Shown piece by piece: positions 1 through 12,240 of a stretch of DNA of 64,000 nucleotides (positions are counted from its first letter, which is position 1; the number at the start of each line of letters is the position of its first letter). The position numbers and the translations under genes are program-made. This DNA comes from Carcharhinus longimanus (lineage: Eukaryota), in NCBI GenBank assembly GCA_030264375.1, contig JASCQW010000112.1:6269527-6333526 (forward strand). Direction: 5' to 3'. The notes beneath the pieces are model-generated. The model saw only the letters and a program-made list of their open reading frames with translations, was not told the DNA's origin and searched no databases.

Positions 1-170
1 ATTTGACCTCCTGCTACTAGAAACAGTTTCTCCTTATTTATTGTATATGGGTGTTAATAAATTTGAACACTTATCATATCCCCTTGGCTTTCTCTGCTCC
101 AAGGAGAGCAATCACAGTTTCCTAGCCTCCACATAACAGAAGTCCTTGATTCCTGGCACCATGCTGAAAA
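1..170 (-). mobile_element. CR1-type LINE 3' fragment
   Basis: ctctgctccaaggagagcaat...cctggcacc motif shared with other CR1 remnants in the window. Confidence 0.5.
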
Positions 171-819
171 GGTTAAAAAAAAAATTAGTTAAATATACAG
201 GTTATCATTGCTTTGAAAATTATTTTCTTTCATTATGTGACTAGTGATTGGTTGTGCTATTATTAAGAGAGATTGTATCTTAAAAGTGGCTAGGAAATCA
301 TTCGTGTAATCTTGATTGTCCAAGGATACAGAGGCAGTAAAGTAAATTTGCCCAAACATTTTGAAGTGCTTTCATTTCTGTATCTTTTAACTTCAAACCT
401 TGCAGGTTTTCAAATCTCTGGTGTTATACCAACAATGATCTTACAAAAAAGGGACTCTTAATTGTACATGTTTCAGTATTACCTTCCTAATAACTCCTTC
501 AGCTCTTCAATGGATCTATCAGAGCTTAGTGGTAAAAAGAAGTTTGCCGCTGTGAAAAGTAGCACAAATATGGCAAGGTATAATCTTCTCTACCAATAAC
601 CATAGGGGAGGAACAGCCTCCCTGTAAGCAAACAAAGTGAATGGAACTTAATAGTGGTCATTCTTGACTTTTGCAAAAGGATATAAATTGTGCAACATTT
701 AGGAAGCTACCTTGTGTAATGTAGAACTGCTGCCTCTTTGAAAGAATGTGCATTTGTGTAGCACCTTTCTTGACCTTGGAATCTCATGTTTCACTGCACT
801 GAAATACAACTTGAGGTGG

Positions 820-1330
820 AATAACAACATCCCCTATTTACAAAATGCCTTTAATCCTACTTAAATGTCCCAGAATGCTTCAGAAGAAAGGTAGAGAGGT
901 GTAGAGGTTTAGGGACACATTCCAGAGCTTTGGGTCCTTGGCAGCTGAAGGCATGGCTACCAGGGTAGAGTGATTGAAATTGAGGATGCTTGAAGATTGG
1001 AATTAGAGGAGCACCAAGATCTTAGGATATGGGGCTGAAGAAAATTAGAGAGATGGGCAGAGGGTGGGCCGGGGGTTGCATGGTTGGTCGTGAGGGATTT
1101 GAAAATGAAAGTTGTGTGACATTACTTAGTAAAAAGTCTGACAACACCAGGTTTTAGTCCAACCTATTGTTGTCAGACTTTTTACTGTGTTTACGCCAGT
1201 CCAACGCCGGCATACTCACATCATGACATTACTTAGCCAGGAGCTAGTGAACACACAAGTGACGAGCCAACTTGATGTGCTTTAGGATATGATTAGCAGA
1301 GTTTTAGTTGACTTCAAATTTGCATAGATT
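820..1330 (-). mobile_element. L2-like LINE remnant (interrupted at 1130-1223)
   Basis: ttccagagctt...ggcagctgaaggcatggc motif shared with copies at about 5.1, 16.3 and 44.9 kb. Confidence 0.55.
1130..1223. mobile_element. Penelope-like terminal fragment, fold-back, with 13-bp target-site duplication
   Basis: Perfect 18-bp inverted repeat 1128-1145/1169-1186. TSD TGACATTACTTAG at 1117-1129 and 1224-1236. Sequence shared with the element at 45715. Confidence 0.7.
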
Positions 1331-1369
1331 AGATTGCAAGTGGATAGTCAGGCATGTGTTCATAGCAAA

Positions 1370-2256
1370 ATGTTTGAGAAAAGCATCCTTTCCAGATGTA
1401 TCACAGTTTGGTATGGTTCCTGCTTTGACCAAGATTGCAAGAAACTACAAAGGATTGTGAACATAGCCCAGTCCATCAAGCCAACCAGCCTCCCATCCAT
1501 TGACTTCGTCTACACTTGCCCCGCCTCAGAAAAGCAGCTAGCATAATTAAGGACCTAAGTACTCTGGACACTCTCTCTTCCACCTTCTTCCATTGGGACA
1601 AAGATACAAAAGTCTGAGGTCATGTATCAACTGACTGAAGAACAGCTTCTTCCCTGCTGCCATCAGACTTCTGAATGGATCTACCTTAGAAACTGAGTAG
1701 TCTAGGATTATATTCATTTGAATTTAGAAGAATGAGAGGTTATCTTATAGAAAAGTGTAAAATTTTGAAGGGAATAGATAAGATAGAAGCAGGCAGGTGT
1801 TTCTACTGGCGGGTGAAACTAGAACTAGGGGCATAGGCTCAAATTAAGGGGAGTAGATTTAGGACTGAGATGAGGAGGGTTGTGAATCTGTGGAATTCCC
1901 TGCCCATTGAAGCAGTTGAAGCTACTTCGTTGAATGTTTTTAAAGCAAAGATAAAAGATTTTTGAACAATAAAAGAATTGAGGGTTATGATGTGCGGGTG
2001 GGTAAATGGAGTGAGACCATGAAAAGATCAGCCATAATGTTATTGAATGGTGGAGCAGGCTTGAGGGACGAGATGGCCTACTCCTCCTTGTTCTTATATT
2101 AAGTTGATCTTTCTATGACTGCAACACTATATTCTGTGCCCTTTCTTTTACTCCACCCCCCCTTACTGTATGAACAGTATATTTTGTCTCTATAGCATCC
2201 AAAAAACAAAAGTTTTCATTGTATATGAATACAAATAACAATAAAATAAATCAAAT
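1370..2256 (+). mobile_element. Rex1/Babar-type LINE 3' end, split by a CR1 insertion
   Basis: Degenerate SILSRCITVWYGSC...KKLQRIVNIAQSI...LKNSFFPAAIRLLN peptide. The 3' tail resumes at about 2098 and ends in (taaa/tcaaa)n. Confidence 0.75.
1690..2097 (+). mobile_element. CR1/HER1 LINE 3' end nested in the Rex/Babar copy
   Basis: RRMRGYLIE...TRTRGHRLKLRGSRFRTEMR...VVNLWNSLP C-terminus plus the typical gatcagccat...aatgg..gagcaggct..ggcctactcct tail. Confidence 0.8.
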
Positions 2257-3341
2257 TAAATCAAAAATTGGCTGTGGATGTAGATGTTTGCACTGGAATT
2301 CAGTGGAATAAAAACTTTAAGCACAGAGTTTGGTAACCAAAAATGATAGAAAATAAATACCCTTACCTGGGTGTTTTGGTACTGGAATGTGGTAGTAAGT
2401 TTGGGGATGTTGGGGGATTGTTTTGTTTGTGTTGCCTGTTTAAAAGGGGCTGTGTGTGACGGGAAGGATGAAGAGCACCATATGAGCAGTGGCAAAGCAA
2501 ATTAGAAAAAAAGATGATTCAACTCATCGAGCCTGTGCAGGAGTTTTGAAAGTACCATCCAATTAGCCCCACACCTCTGATCTTGATGCTGCACTTTTTT
2601 TCGCAACTTTTTATTCAGTTCGCTTTTGAAAGTCATTGTTGAATCTGTTTCCATCATCCCTTCAGGTACTGCATTTCAGATCATCATAACTCACTGTTTA
2701 AAACATTTTATTTCTCATGTCACCTCAGGTGAAATGCAAAATGCATCAAGTCTGTCTGTCTGTCTCTCTCTCTCTTTTTCATTCTGCCTCTTGCTCAGTG
2801 AGGAATTGAGTTTTTTCTTTTCATTCTCGATTCTTTCTTGAGAAGCACTGAATCTATAACCACGTTACTTGACAGCTGGGACAGAAGATCTAAGAAAGAT
2901 AGTGCTAGTGCATTAACTAGTGTGTTAGTGTATCATTACATTGTGTTGCCCAGTTTCAGAATTTAAAAAGGTTCAGATCTGGCACATGGCATTGCTGGCA
3001 ATATCACCATTTATTGCTCACCCCAAGTTGCCTCTTGAGAAGTTATGGGCTGCCTTTTTGACAGATCAATAGAAAGAAACCTAATAAGAGAATATTTTTC
3101 CAAGCATTTTAGTTATCCTTGCAGTGCTGATAGCTTCAGCTTATCCAGATTCAAACCATGGGGCCAGATTTTGCTGCAGTAGATATTTAATCATTATTCG
3201 CGAGACAACTTATGACGCTTAGATTTTATTTAACATAAATCAGTCTAGTAAGGATTGGAGGCTAATAGAAGGTTCACTCATTTCTCTGTCTCCCAATTTT
3301 GCCGGCTTTCTTTCTGACACATTGAGCTCTCGATTCCTGCA

Positions 3342-3643
3342 GGTGGCACGGTGCACAGTGGTTAGCACTGCTGCCTCACAAAGCCAACGACCTGGGTTCC
3401 ATTTCTGCCTTGGGTCACTGTCTATGCAGAGTCTGCATGTTCTCCCTGCGTTTGCATGGGTTTCCTCCGGGTGCTCCAGTTTCCTCCCAAAGTCCAAAAG
3501 ACATGCTGGTTAGAGTGCATTGGCTGTGCTAAATTCTCCTGCTCTCTACCCGAACATCTGCTGGATTGTGGTGACTTCGAGATTTTCACAGTAACTTCAT
3601 TGCAGTGTTAATGTAAGCTTACTTGTGACACTAATAAATAAAC
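3342..3643 (+). mobile_element. tRNA-derived V-SINE (HE1-like)
   Basis: A/B-box head (cacagtggttagcactgctgcctcac; gggttccatt), V-domain gggtttcctccgggtgctcc.gtttcctccca and aataaataaac tail. Confidence 0.85.
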
Positions 3644-3684
3644 TGTGGTTTTTCCTTTCATCTATAATTCTCTAATTTTGATTT

Positions 3685-4360
3685 TTTTGATTTGTTATTG
3701 TCATGTGTTAACATATAGTGAAAAGTATTATTTCTTGCATGCTATGCAACAAAGCATACCATTCTTAGAGAAGGAAATGAGAAAGTGCAGAATGTAGTGT
3801 TACATTCAAAACTAGGGTGTAGAGAAAAATCAGCAGGGTAGGTCCATTCAAAAGTCTGACAGCAGCAGGGAAGAAGCTGTTTTTGAGTCGGTTGATACAT
3901 GTCCTCAGACTTTTGTATCTTTTTCCTGATGGACGAAAGTGGAAGAGAGAATGTCCGGGATACATGGGGCCCTGAATTATGCTNNNNNNNNNNNNNNNNN
4001 NNNNNNNNNNNNNNNNNNNNNNNNNNNNNNNNNNNNNNNNNNNNNNNNNNNNNNNNNNNNNNNNNNNNNNNNNNNNNNNNNNNGGCCCTTAATTATGCTG
4101 GCTGCTTTCCCAAGGCAGCAGGAAGTGTAGATCCGAGTAAATGGATGGGGAAGGGCTGGTTTGTATGATGGATCGGGCTACATTTACAACCTTTTGTAGT
4201 TCCTTGCGATCTTGGGCAGAGCAGGAGTCATACCAAACTATGGTACAACCTGAAAGAATGTTTTCTATGGTGCATTTGTAAAAGTTGGTGAGAGTTGTAG
4301 CTACCTGCCAAATTTCCTTAGTCTTCTGAGAAAGAGGCATTGGTAGGCTTTCTTAACTCT
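3685..4360 (-). mobile_element. Rex1/Babar-type LINE 3' end (spans a 100-N gap)
   Basis: ORF fragments TLTNFYKCTIENILSGCTIVWY... and PGHSLFHFRPSGKRYKSLRT..NRLKNSFFPAAVRLLN. Confidence 0.8.
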
Positions 4361-5039
4361 AGTTGCATGGGGGAACCAGGACAGGTTATATATTTGAACA
4401 ATAAATATGCACTTAAACAGGAATAGCCTCTTGTGATACAAATGGAAAGGGTGTTGATGTTTACTCAAAAGTTCTTGATATTTGATTTCCTCTGACAGCA
4501 GTGTTTTCCATGTTGCTGTTGGCAATGATTTCTAACAACAGAATTCAGACCTCAAGGCTAAGTAATTTGTGCTCTCAGTTGTCCAGTGTGGCTAGTTAAT
4601 TTTTGCCAAGTGAAAATACTTTTTAAGTACAGAAACTCTGACAATTCCTAATTAACTTGGCTGTCAGCTTGAGCATGATGCCATTTCCTGCTAGCTTGAA
4701 GACTGCTGTTTCAGTTCTTTTAAACTTAGGGTAATTACACTCATGCCATCATACTTAAAATACACATTCCAGGATAGATGTTGATGAAACACTGTTCATT
4801 TCAAACTGAATGGATCATTAACCACCTGCCCTCCCACCCGACCTCTTTACTGCCCTCTACCCAGGTTTATTAGTTTCATACTGTTATTTTGAAAGTGTGT
4901 ATTCTTTGATTTAAAAAATATGGAATCCTGCAGCTTTCCCATTTTGTATCATAAAATCCTGAGAGTGTATCCACATAATACTGAGGGTGTGCTCATAAAT
5001 TCTTTTCCGGTCCTTTCCAGTCAAGTTGGGAGTACATCA

Positions 5040-5340
5040 GACACATTTTGACACCAAACCGCATTAAATATTACTGCAGGTGACTAAACTCTAGGCTAGA
5101 AAGCTGGGTTTTTAAAAGTACCTTAAAGGAGGAGAGGCAGAGAAGTTTACTGGGGAAATCCTTGAGTTTATGGCCTAGGTGGTTGAAGGTAAGGCCACCA
5201 ATGATAAAGGATTTGGGGGTTGCAACAAAAGACCAGAGTTGGAAGAATGTAGGGTTTTCGCAGGGTTGTGCCATTGCACGTGAAGAGATCTTTGAAAGAT
5301 GACAAGACCGTGTATAAATGTATGATGAGAAAGTTGATTT
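5040..5340 (-). mobile_element. L2-like LINE remnant
   Basis: FKVLLKTQL motif (FK..LKT.LF of the L2 3' end) in the minus-strand ORF. Confidence 0.55.
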
Positions 5341-5705
5341 CATTTGTGGATTATACTGCTGGAAAGTATTTCCCTGTATGCTAGATGCTGTGTAGACAGG
5401 GTGGACTCCTAGTCACTGCTGTGGAGAGAATGGTAACATATTATGTATTTGGGATTGTATTCAGTCCTTACTCCAGTATTTTTGTAGATTCAAAAGGAAT
5501 ACAAGAACATTAATTTGTTCCATGAGGATTTGAACATCAGTTCTTATTGTCCAAAAGCTCACATCTTGCTGAATTGCCCAGGGAGCTTTAACACATTGAA
5601 AGAAACCTGTTAATCACTGCAGGTTAGTGTTTATTGGAATGCACTTTATCATTTACCAGAAAAACATCAGGTTTAAGCAATAAAGGTCTTATGAATGATT
5701 ACCTA

Positions 5706-5840
5706 CAAATAAAAAGCAAAATACTGGAGATGCTGAAAATCTATAACAAAAACAAAAAATGCAGAAAACCCTCAGCAAGCTAGTAATATCTGTGGAGAGA
5801 GAAATGGAGTTAACATTACAGAGACAGATGCTTCTGAACT
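5706..5840 (-). mobile_element. Short Penelope-derived repeat (degenerate)
   Basis: aaaagcaaaatactg.agatgctg.aaatct...ctcagcaag...atctgtggagagagaaa family motif. Confidence 0.6.
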
Positions 5841-7151
5841 GTAAAGCAATGGATTTCCATTAATATAATAACAGCTTTGTACAGCTGTTCTTCTCAGTAT
5901 CTTGCACAAATTATAAGTAAACTAATTTCATTAAAAAATTTAACAGTAATTTTCAAAGTTGGAAAATTTGTGGACAGTTTCAGAAGTGCCAATTATAGTT
6001 TGCTCCAAATTCAGAGGCACTTCTTGATGTTTTGTGTTGTTTTGCTTTGCTTTGCTTTGTTGTGAAATCGGATTTTTCAGCAGGTGTTTAATTCTGTTAT
6101 TAAGCATGTGTAGCTTACGAACACACTCGCACTGTAAGTTTGTGTACAATGTTGGGACGAAGTTGAGTAAGCCTACTCAGTTTGAAGTTGATCCATTGTG
6201 ATCACTGTGAATGTTTTGTTGTGCAGTAGTTGTTAACTTATGTTTTTTTTTGAGCCTTAAGGGCAATAGCCACAGACCGAAGATGCAACTGAGATGGGTG
6301 CAGTACATCATGGAAAGTGTGCAACACTGCAAATCATTCATCATCTGTATTGTATAGATTTGTTAATGGACATTGTCTTTGTCGCGTGCTACTCATGTCA
6401 AGCTATTAATTTGTTGCTGCAAATTTCACACCAGCAATACTTAACTAAACAGCTCAAAATGTTATCTTTAGTGCTAACCCAAGTTTCGAATGACGAAATC
6501 TATAAGTGTTCCTGGATGTTGTCCCCAAACGACCACAGTATGAAAATTTCACACATTCGCTATTATGTTTTACTACTATTTGAACAAAGCACTACCTTCT
6601 TGGTGGAATCAGTTTAGATGCTGTTGTTATATTTAAGACTGTTGTACAATGAGAAAAATGTTTAAGATCCAACTGTTCACTGCCACTGTGATTCATAAAA
6701 TAATCAATCTGTAACTCAACGCTGTGGATTTCAAACATATCTTCAAATTTCATCAGTGGCCCCTGATTTTACTAGCAGGAGAGCTGGTAGCCAAAGTAGA
6801 CATGTTAAACATGGTTAGCCAAAATGTCATGAAGTTGTAATGATTTATGATCTGGCATGCCCTGGCTCAAAGGTTGATAGAAACAGAATCAGTAGTGACT
6901 TTAAAAAGAGGAATGAATAAATAGCTGGAAAAGAAATAAATTGCAGGTTAGCACTTTCAAAGAGATGGCACATGATCGGCTGAATGACTTCCTTCTGCAC
7001 TGTATGATTCTATTATTTTAGAAATGCTGCTGTGGATTTTTTCAATGGAATCTATTGCTAATAGGGTTATTTCTTGGAAGAGGGTGTAAGAGTTATTTTT
7101 GTTCTTAAATGTTCCTGAGTTCAAGAAATTTGAATCTGCCTGTTAGTGTTT

Positions 7152-7224
7152 GACAACACCAGGTTTTAGTCCAACCTATTTATTTGATAATATTCTCACA
7201 AGCTTTCGAGGGGACTGCCTCTTC
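7152..7224 (-). mobile_element. Penelope-like terminal fragment truncated by a gap
   Basis: tgacaacaccaggttttagtccaac...caagctttcgagggg, same family as 1130 and 45715. Confidence 0.6.
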
Positions 7225-7586
7225 NNNNNNNNNNNNNNNNNNNNNNNNNNNNNNNNNNNNNNNNNNNNNNNNNNNNNNNNNNNNNNNNNNNNNNNNNNNN
7301 NNNNNNNNNNNNNNNNNNNNNNNNNNNNNNNNNNNNNNNNNNNNNNNNNNNNNNNNNNNNNNNNNNNNNNNNNNNNNNNNNNNNNNNNNNNNNNNNNNNN
7401 NNNNNNNNNNNNNNNNNNNNNNNNNNNNNNNNNNNNNNNNNNNNNNNNNNNNNNNNNNNNNNNNNNNNNNNNNNNNNNNNNNNNNNNNNNNNNNNNNNNN
7501 NNNNNNNNNNNNNNNNNNNNNNNNNNNNNNNNNNNNNNNNNNNNNNNNNNNNNNNNNNNNNNNNNNNNNNNNNNNNNNNNNNNNNN

Positions 7587-7746
7587 CTTTGGACTGTGGG
7601 AGGAAACCGGAGCACCCAGAGGAAATCCACGCAGACACGAGGAGAATGTGCAAACTCCACACAGACAGTGACTCGAGCCAGAAATCGAACCCAGGTCCCT
7701 GGAGCTGTGAAGCAGCAGTGCTAACCACTGTGCAACCGTGCCACCC
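7587..7746 (-). mobile_element. V-SINE (HE1-like), 5' half
   Basis: Reverse complement of the head and V-domain, cut by an N-gap. Confidence 0.85.
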
Positions 7747-9454
7747 CAGTGAGAACAAGTCAGAGTGAAAATAGTGAATTGGAATGAAAATGTATGCACA
7801 GGACACGGTCCCATTTTTCCCATGTTGCTTATATGTCCACTTGCAGAGATTAGTGCAGAACTCTTTATAAGTGAGACAACTAGGAAAGGATGAAACTGAA
7901 GGAGGTCAGCAAAATGGGTGAACAGGAAGTTAACAACACCTTTGGCCAACATTGTTCCGATCAAAATTTCTATCTTTTTTAAAGTCCCTTCCTTTAATTG
8001 CACAATGGTTCTCAGTGGTTTTAGTTCCTCTTTTAGCCAGTCTCTGTTTCCATTCGGGGTGAGAACTGTGGAGTTTATTTACGACACTAAGGATGTTTTT
8101 TTCCCAGGTTACTGGGGATCTAGTAGTGGAGATTTATGTATGTCTGTATTAAAAATATAGAAACACAGAGCTACTGATTTCTGAAAGGAAGCTTTTATTT
8201 TCCATTATCCTAGTCACCAGAATTTGACCTGACTGTAAATCCTTGAGGAAAGATAAATTCTATTCTGTGTAAATACTGTTGCTGATTTTCCACATTACAA
8301 AATGGGTTCATTATGGCTTGTTTTTACTTTGTGGTTTCTGGGAACACTGAAGTTTGGCACAGTGTCACTCCACTGAGAGCATTGATATTTCAATTATAAT
8401 TATAGCAGAGCATAGTATTAGACTTTGCCAGTCCCTCCAAAAAAGGATATGTTTTGTTACTTTACATCCTATGGCCCCAAAAATATGTTGTTTGATTCCG
8501 ATTGCTGCTGATTGGGCAATCCAACATTACCCAACATCTGTCAGGATTCTGAGATCGCTGCGCTCCAATTCTGGTCTCTTTGATGTCTTGCACTCCACTG
8601 ACAATGGAAGATATGATTGTTAAAGTTTGGAAATTTTCTCTGTAAACCTGTCCTGCCTCTATGCCTCTCATCCTCTCATTAATGGTATGATATAAATGAA
8701 AGTTGTCATTGTAGTCATTTGTGAAAATGTTATGGTCTCTTATGTTTATTGTTACATGATTGTGAGCTGTGAGTTGCAGCACTCTGAAGATGTAGCATTA
8801 GTTGTGAGAATTTAATGTCTTGTTTTTGTTCAAAAAACAAAATTTAAATTCTGATTTAAATGAAAAAAGGAGGTGCACATGAATGTGCAAAAACTTTTTT
8901 AAAAATCTGTTTCTTCCAAAGGGCTGTCTTAACCCAGTGAGTTTAATTGAGAGTCCATATTAGGAAGGTTTCTAGTTCATGGCCATGCTCATAGATAGGC
9001 CTTGGCTGGGTGGGGGTAGAGAGGAAATGGACAGGATGTTACAATTGAACTCAGTAACCCAAGATGTGGCAGAGTGAAAACAGCCACGGTTTCTTTTGAT
9101 TACTATCCAGTACTCCATACTGAAACTGCATGGGTTGCAGTCATTGAGTAAGAGCAGGATTCACCTCAGTTGTAATGTCCCTCATAGTTGAAAAAAGATC
9201 CTGCATGATCAATTGGTTTTGTATCAGGTTCTGGAGAACAATTGTTATGTATGCAACTCTACTTCAACTTGGAGAAGGAAGAAAAACATTGGAGTGTTTT
9301 TAATTATTTTCCTCCACGTGAGTTTGACTATAAAGGCAACAGGTCAGATTACTATCTACCTACTAGCATGACTGAGGTGTGGCATTAGAAGATGTGGCAA
9401 ACACCTTTTATAACTGGAGGATGTGGGTTGATGACATCAAACTGACAGAGACAT

Positions 9455-11310
9455 ACACATGAATTAGGACAAGACGATTTAGCTCCTTGAGCCTGTTTTG
9501 CAGTTAAATAAGATCATGGCTAATCTGATCATGGTCTCAACTCCACATTCTTTTCTTACCCTCTGCCCTTTGACTCCCTTCTCAATTAAGAATCTACTTA
9601 ATTCCAGTCGTAAAAAATGTTCCCAACACTCTGTTGAGGGGTAGAGCATTCCACAAACTCATGACCCTTATAAGATTTCAAAATTCTCCTTGTCTGCATT
9701 TTAAGTGGGAGACCCCATGTTTTTAAACTGTGTCCCCTGGTTCTGATCTGTCTTACAAGGGGAAAACATCCTCCCAGCATCCACTCTGATAAGTCCCCTC
9801 AGGACCTTGCATGTTTCAATAAAATCACTTCATTCTTCCAAACACCAATGGATTCAGGCCCAATCTGTCCAACTTTTTCTCATAGGATCACCACCTCATC
9901 CCAGGAATCGATAAGAATAGACCTTCTCTGAGCTGCTAAATGCTTAAATAAGACCAAAATTGTGCACAGTACTCCAGATGCGGTCTCACCCTGACCCTAT
10001 ACAATTGTATCAAAACATCACTGCTTTATATGTTCCATTCTGCTTTCAATAAACTGCAACATTCTGTATGCCTTCCTAATCATTTGCTTTATTTGCATAT
10101 TAGCTTTACGTGATTCATGTACCAAGACACCCAGATCCCTCTGTACCCCTCAATTCTGAAACCTCTCCCTATTTAAATAACATGTTGCATCTTTATTTTT
10201 ACTGCTGAAATAGAGAAGTTTACATTTTCTCACATACACTTCACTTATCTATATCCCTTTAGAGAGTGTTTATGTCATTCACAATTTACTTTCCTACCCA
10301 TCTTTGTGTTATCAGCAAATTTAGTAACCATATGTTCAATCCTATCATCCAAGTCATTAATATAGATTGTAAATAGTAAGACCCTCGCAGTGATCCCTGT
10401 GGCACTTCATTCACCACATCTTGCCAACCCAAAAATGACCTATTTATCCCTAATGTTTCCTGTTAGTTGACCAATCCTCCATGCTAATATGTTACTCCCC
10501 ACATCATGTGACACCTCTCCAAGTTGTCGGTTACACCCTCAAAGAACTCCAGTGAAATAATCAAGCACAATTCCCCTTCCATAAAGCCATCTTGACTGCC
10601 TGATTAAGTTTGAGATTTTCTAAGTACTCTGCTGTAACTTCAATAGATTCCACCAATTTCTCTGCATCAGATGTTAGGTGAGCTGATCTGTAGTTTCCTG
10701 AAGAGGAGTTTCAATTGCTATTCACCAGTCTAATGGGACCTTTCTAGACTGCAGGGGATTTTGGAAAATTAAAACCAATGCATCTACTATCTCAGCTAAG
10801 ACCCTAGAATGAAGTCCATCAGGACCTGGGGACTTGCAGCTTTTAGTTCTAATAATTTTCTCAATACTCTTTCCCTGGTGATTGTAATTGTTTTAAGTTC
10901 TTCCCTCCCTTTCATCTCTGGGATGTTATTTGTATCCTTTACGTTGAAGACAGATGCAAAATATATTTTCACTCATCTACCATTTCTTTATTTTCCATTA
11001 TTTCAAGAGGATCAATGTTCACTTTAGTTACTGTTTTCCTTTTTAAAAACCTGAGAAACTCTTACTCTCTTTTTATATTTCCAGCTGGTTTTCTCTCATA
11101 TTCTGATTTCCTCCACTTTTAAAACATTTGGTCATTCTTTACTGTTCTTTATGTTCTGTCCAGTCATCTGACCTGACACTCATCTGTGCAGAATTGTACA
11201 TTTTTTCTTTCAATATGATACTTCCTTAGCTATTCATAGAAGGTACATCCTTTCCCTCGGGTCTGTCTTTCTCAACAGTACTATCTTTGTGTGCGGAATA
11301 TCTTCTTGAA
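9455..11310 (-). mobile_element. CR1/HER1 LINE, long decayed ORF2 fragment
   Basis: Minus-strand FPLVRQIRTRGHSLK..G.P.K motif, CR1 3' tail at about 9460-9560 and decayed RT region further along. Confidence 0.75.
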
Positions 11311-11819
11311 ACGTCATGAAGGAAGTTACCATTCTGGCTTAAAAATTTGTTAGTCTATTTAATTCAATCGCAGAATCTTCTAATTTATAATCCAGATTAA
11401 TTTAAGAACTGTGATTGCTGAGTGCAACTATGTTAGCATGTTAACAAACGAGAATTGGGTGGCATTAATATTCCTTATAACAGCCTATGTGAGTTCTACT
11501 TGGTTTCTGGACAGTGTTAAACTCTGCATGTTTTGATTGCATATCCACTTAGAACTCTCTCCCATCTCATCCTAATGCAATTGAAATTTTAAAATACCAG
11601 CAAATAGCTGTCTAAAGACTCAGATCTTCAGTAGCTTTGAAAGGTCCCTTTGTCCTGGTATTGCAGTTGTGTGAGTTTGACTAGAAATGATTTGCAACCT
11701 TATTGCTTGGATACTCTACAATTTTTGCATTTGTGTGCTGTGAAAATCAACTACCAAGTTAAATTATTAATATTATTGCACCGTTAATGAAAACTGCCTG
11801 GCCCCTTTCTGTAAATGCT

Positions 11820-12240
11820 TTTTAAAATTAATTTACGGGATGTGGGCTTCGCTGACTAGCCCAACATTTATTGCCCATCCCTAATTGCCCCTTGAGAAGG
11901 TGATAGTGAGCCACTTTCTTGAACCGTTGCAGTCCATGTTATGTAAGTACACCCCAATATTGTTAGGGAGTAAATTTCAGGATTTTGACAGTCAAGGATC
12001 AGTGATGTATTTCCAAGTCAGGATGGTGTGAGGCTTAGAGGGGAATTTCCAAGTGATGATGTTCCCATGTGTCTGTTACCGTTGTGTTTACATGGCCAGC
12101 CCAATGACAACCCCAAGATGTTGATAGTGGGGGATTCAGTGATGGTAATGCCTTTGAATGTCATGGAGCAATGGTTAAAATCTCTATTGTTGGAGGTGAT
12201 AATTGTTCGGCAGTTGTGTGGAATGAATGTTACTTACTGC
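11820..12240 (-). mobile_element. Second CR1-clade LINE family, 3' end
   Basis: catttattgcccatccctaattgccc.tgagaagg tail, shared with about 2980, 34300 and 57500. Confidence 0.7.

Noticed and set aside
3342-3420. SINE heads as tRNA genes
   Set aside because: They have A/B boxes but no complete cloverleaf and continue into the V-domain.
3966-4100. Direct repeat ggccct.aattatgct either side of a gap
   Set aside because: Contig-end overlap around a 100-N placeholder, so most likely an assembly artefact.
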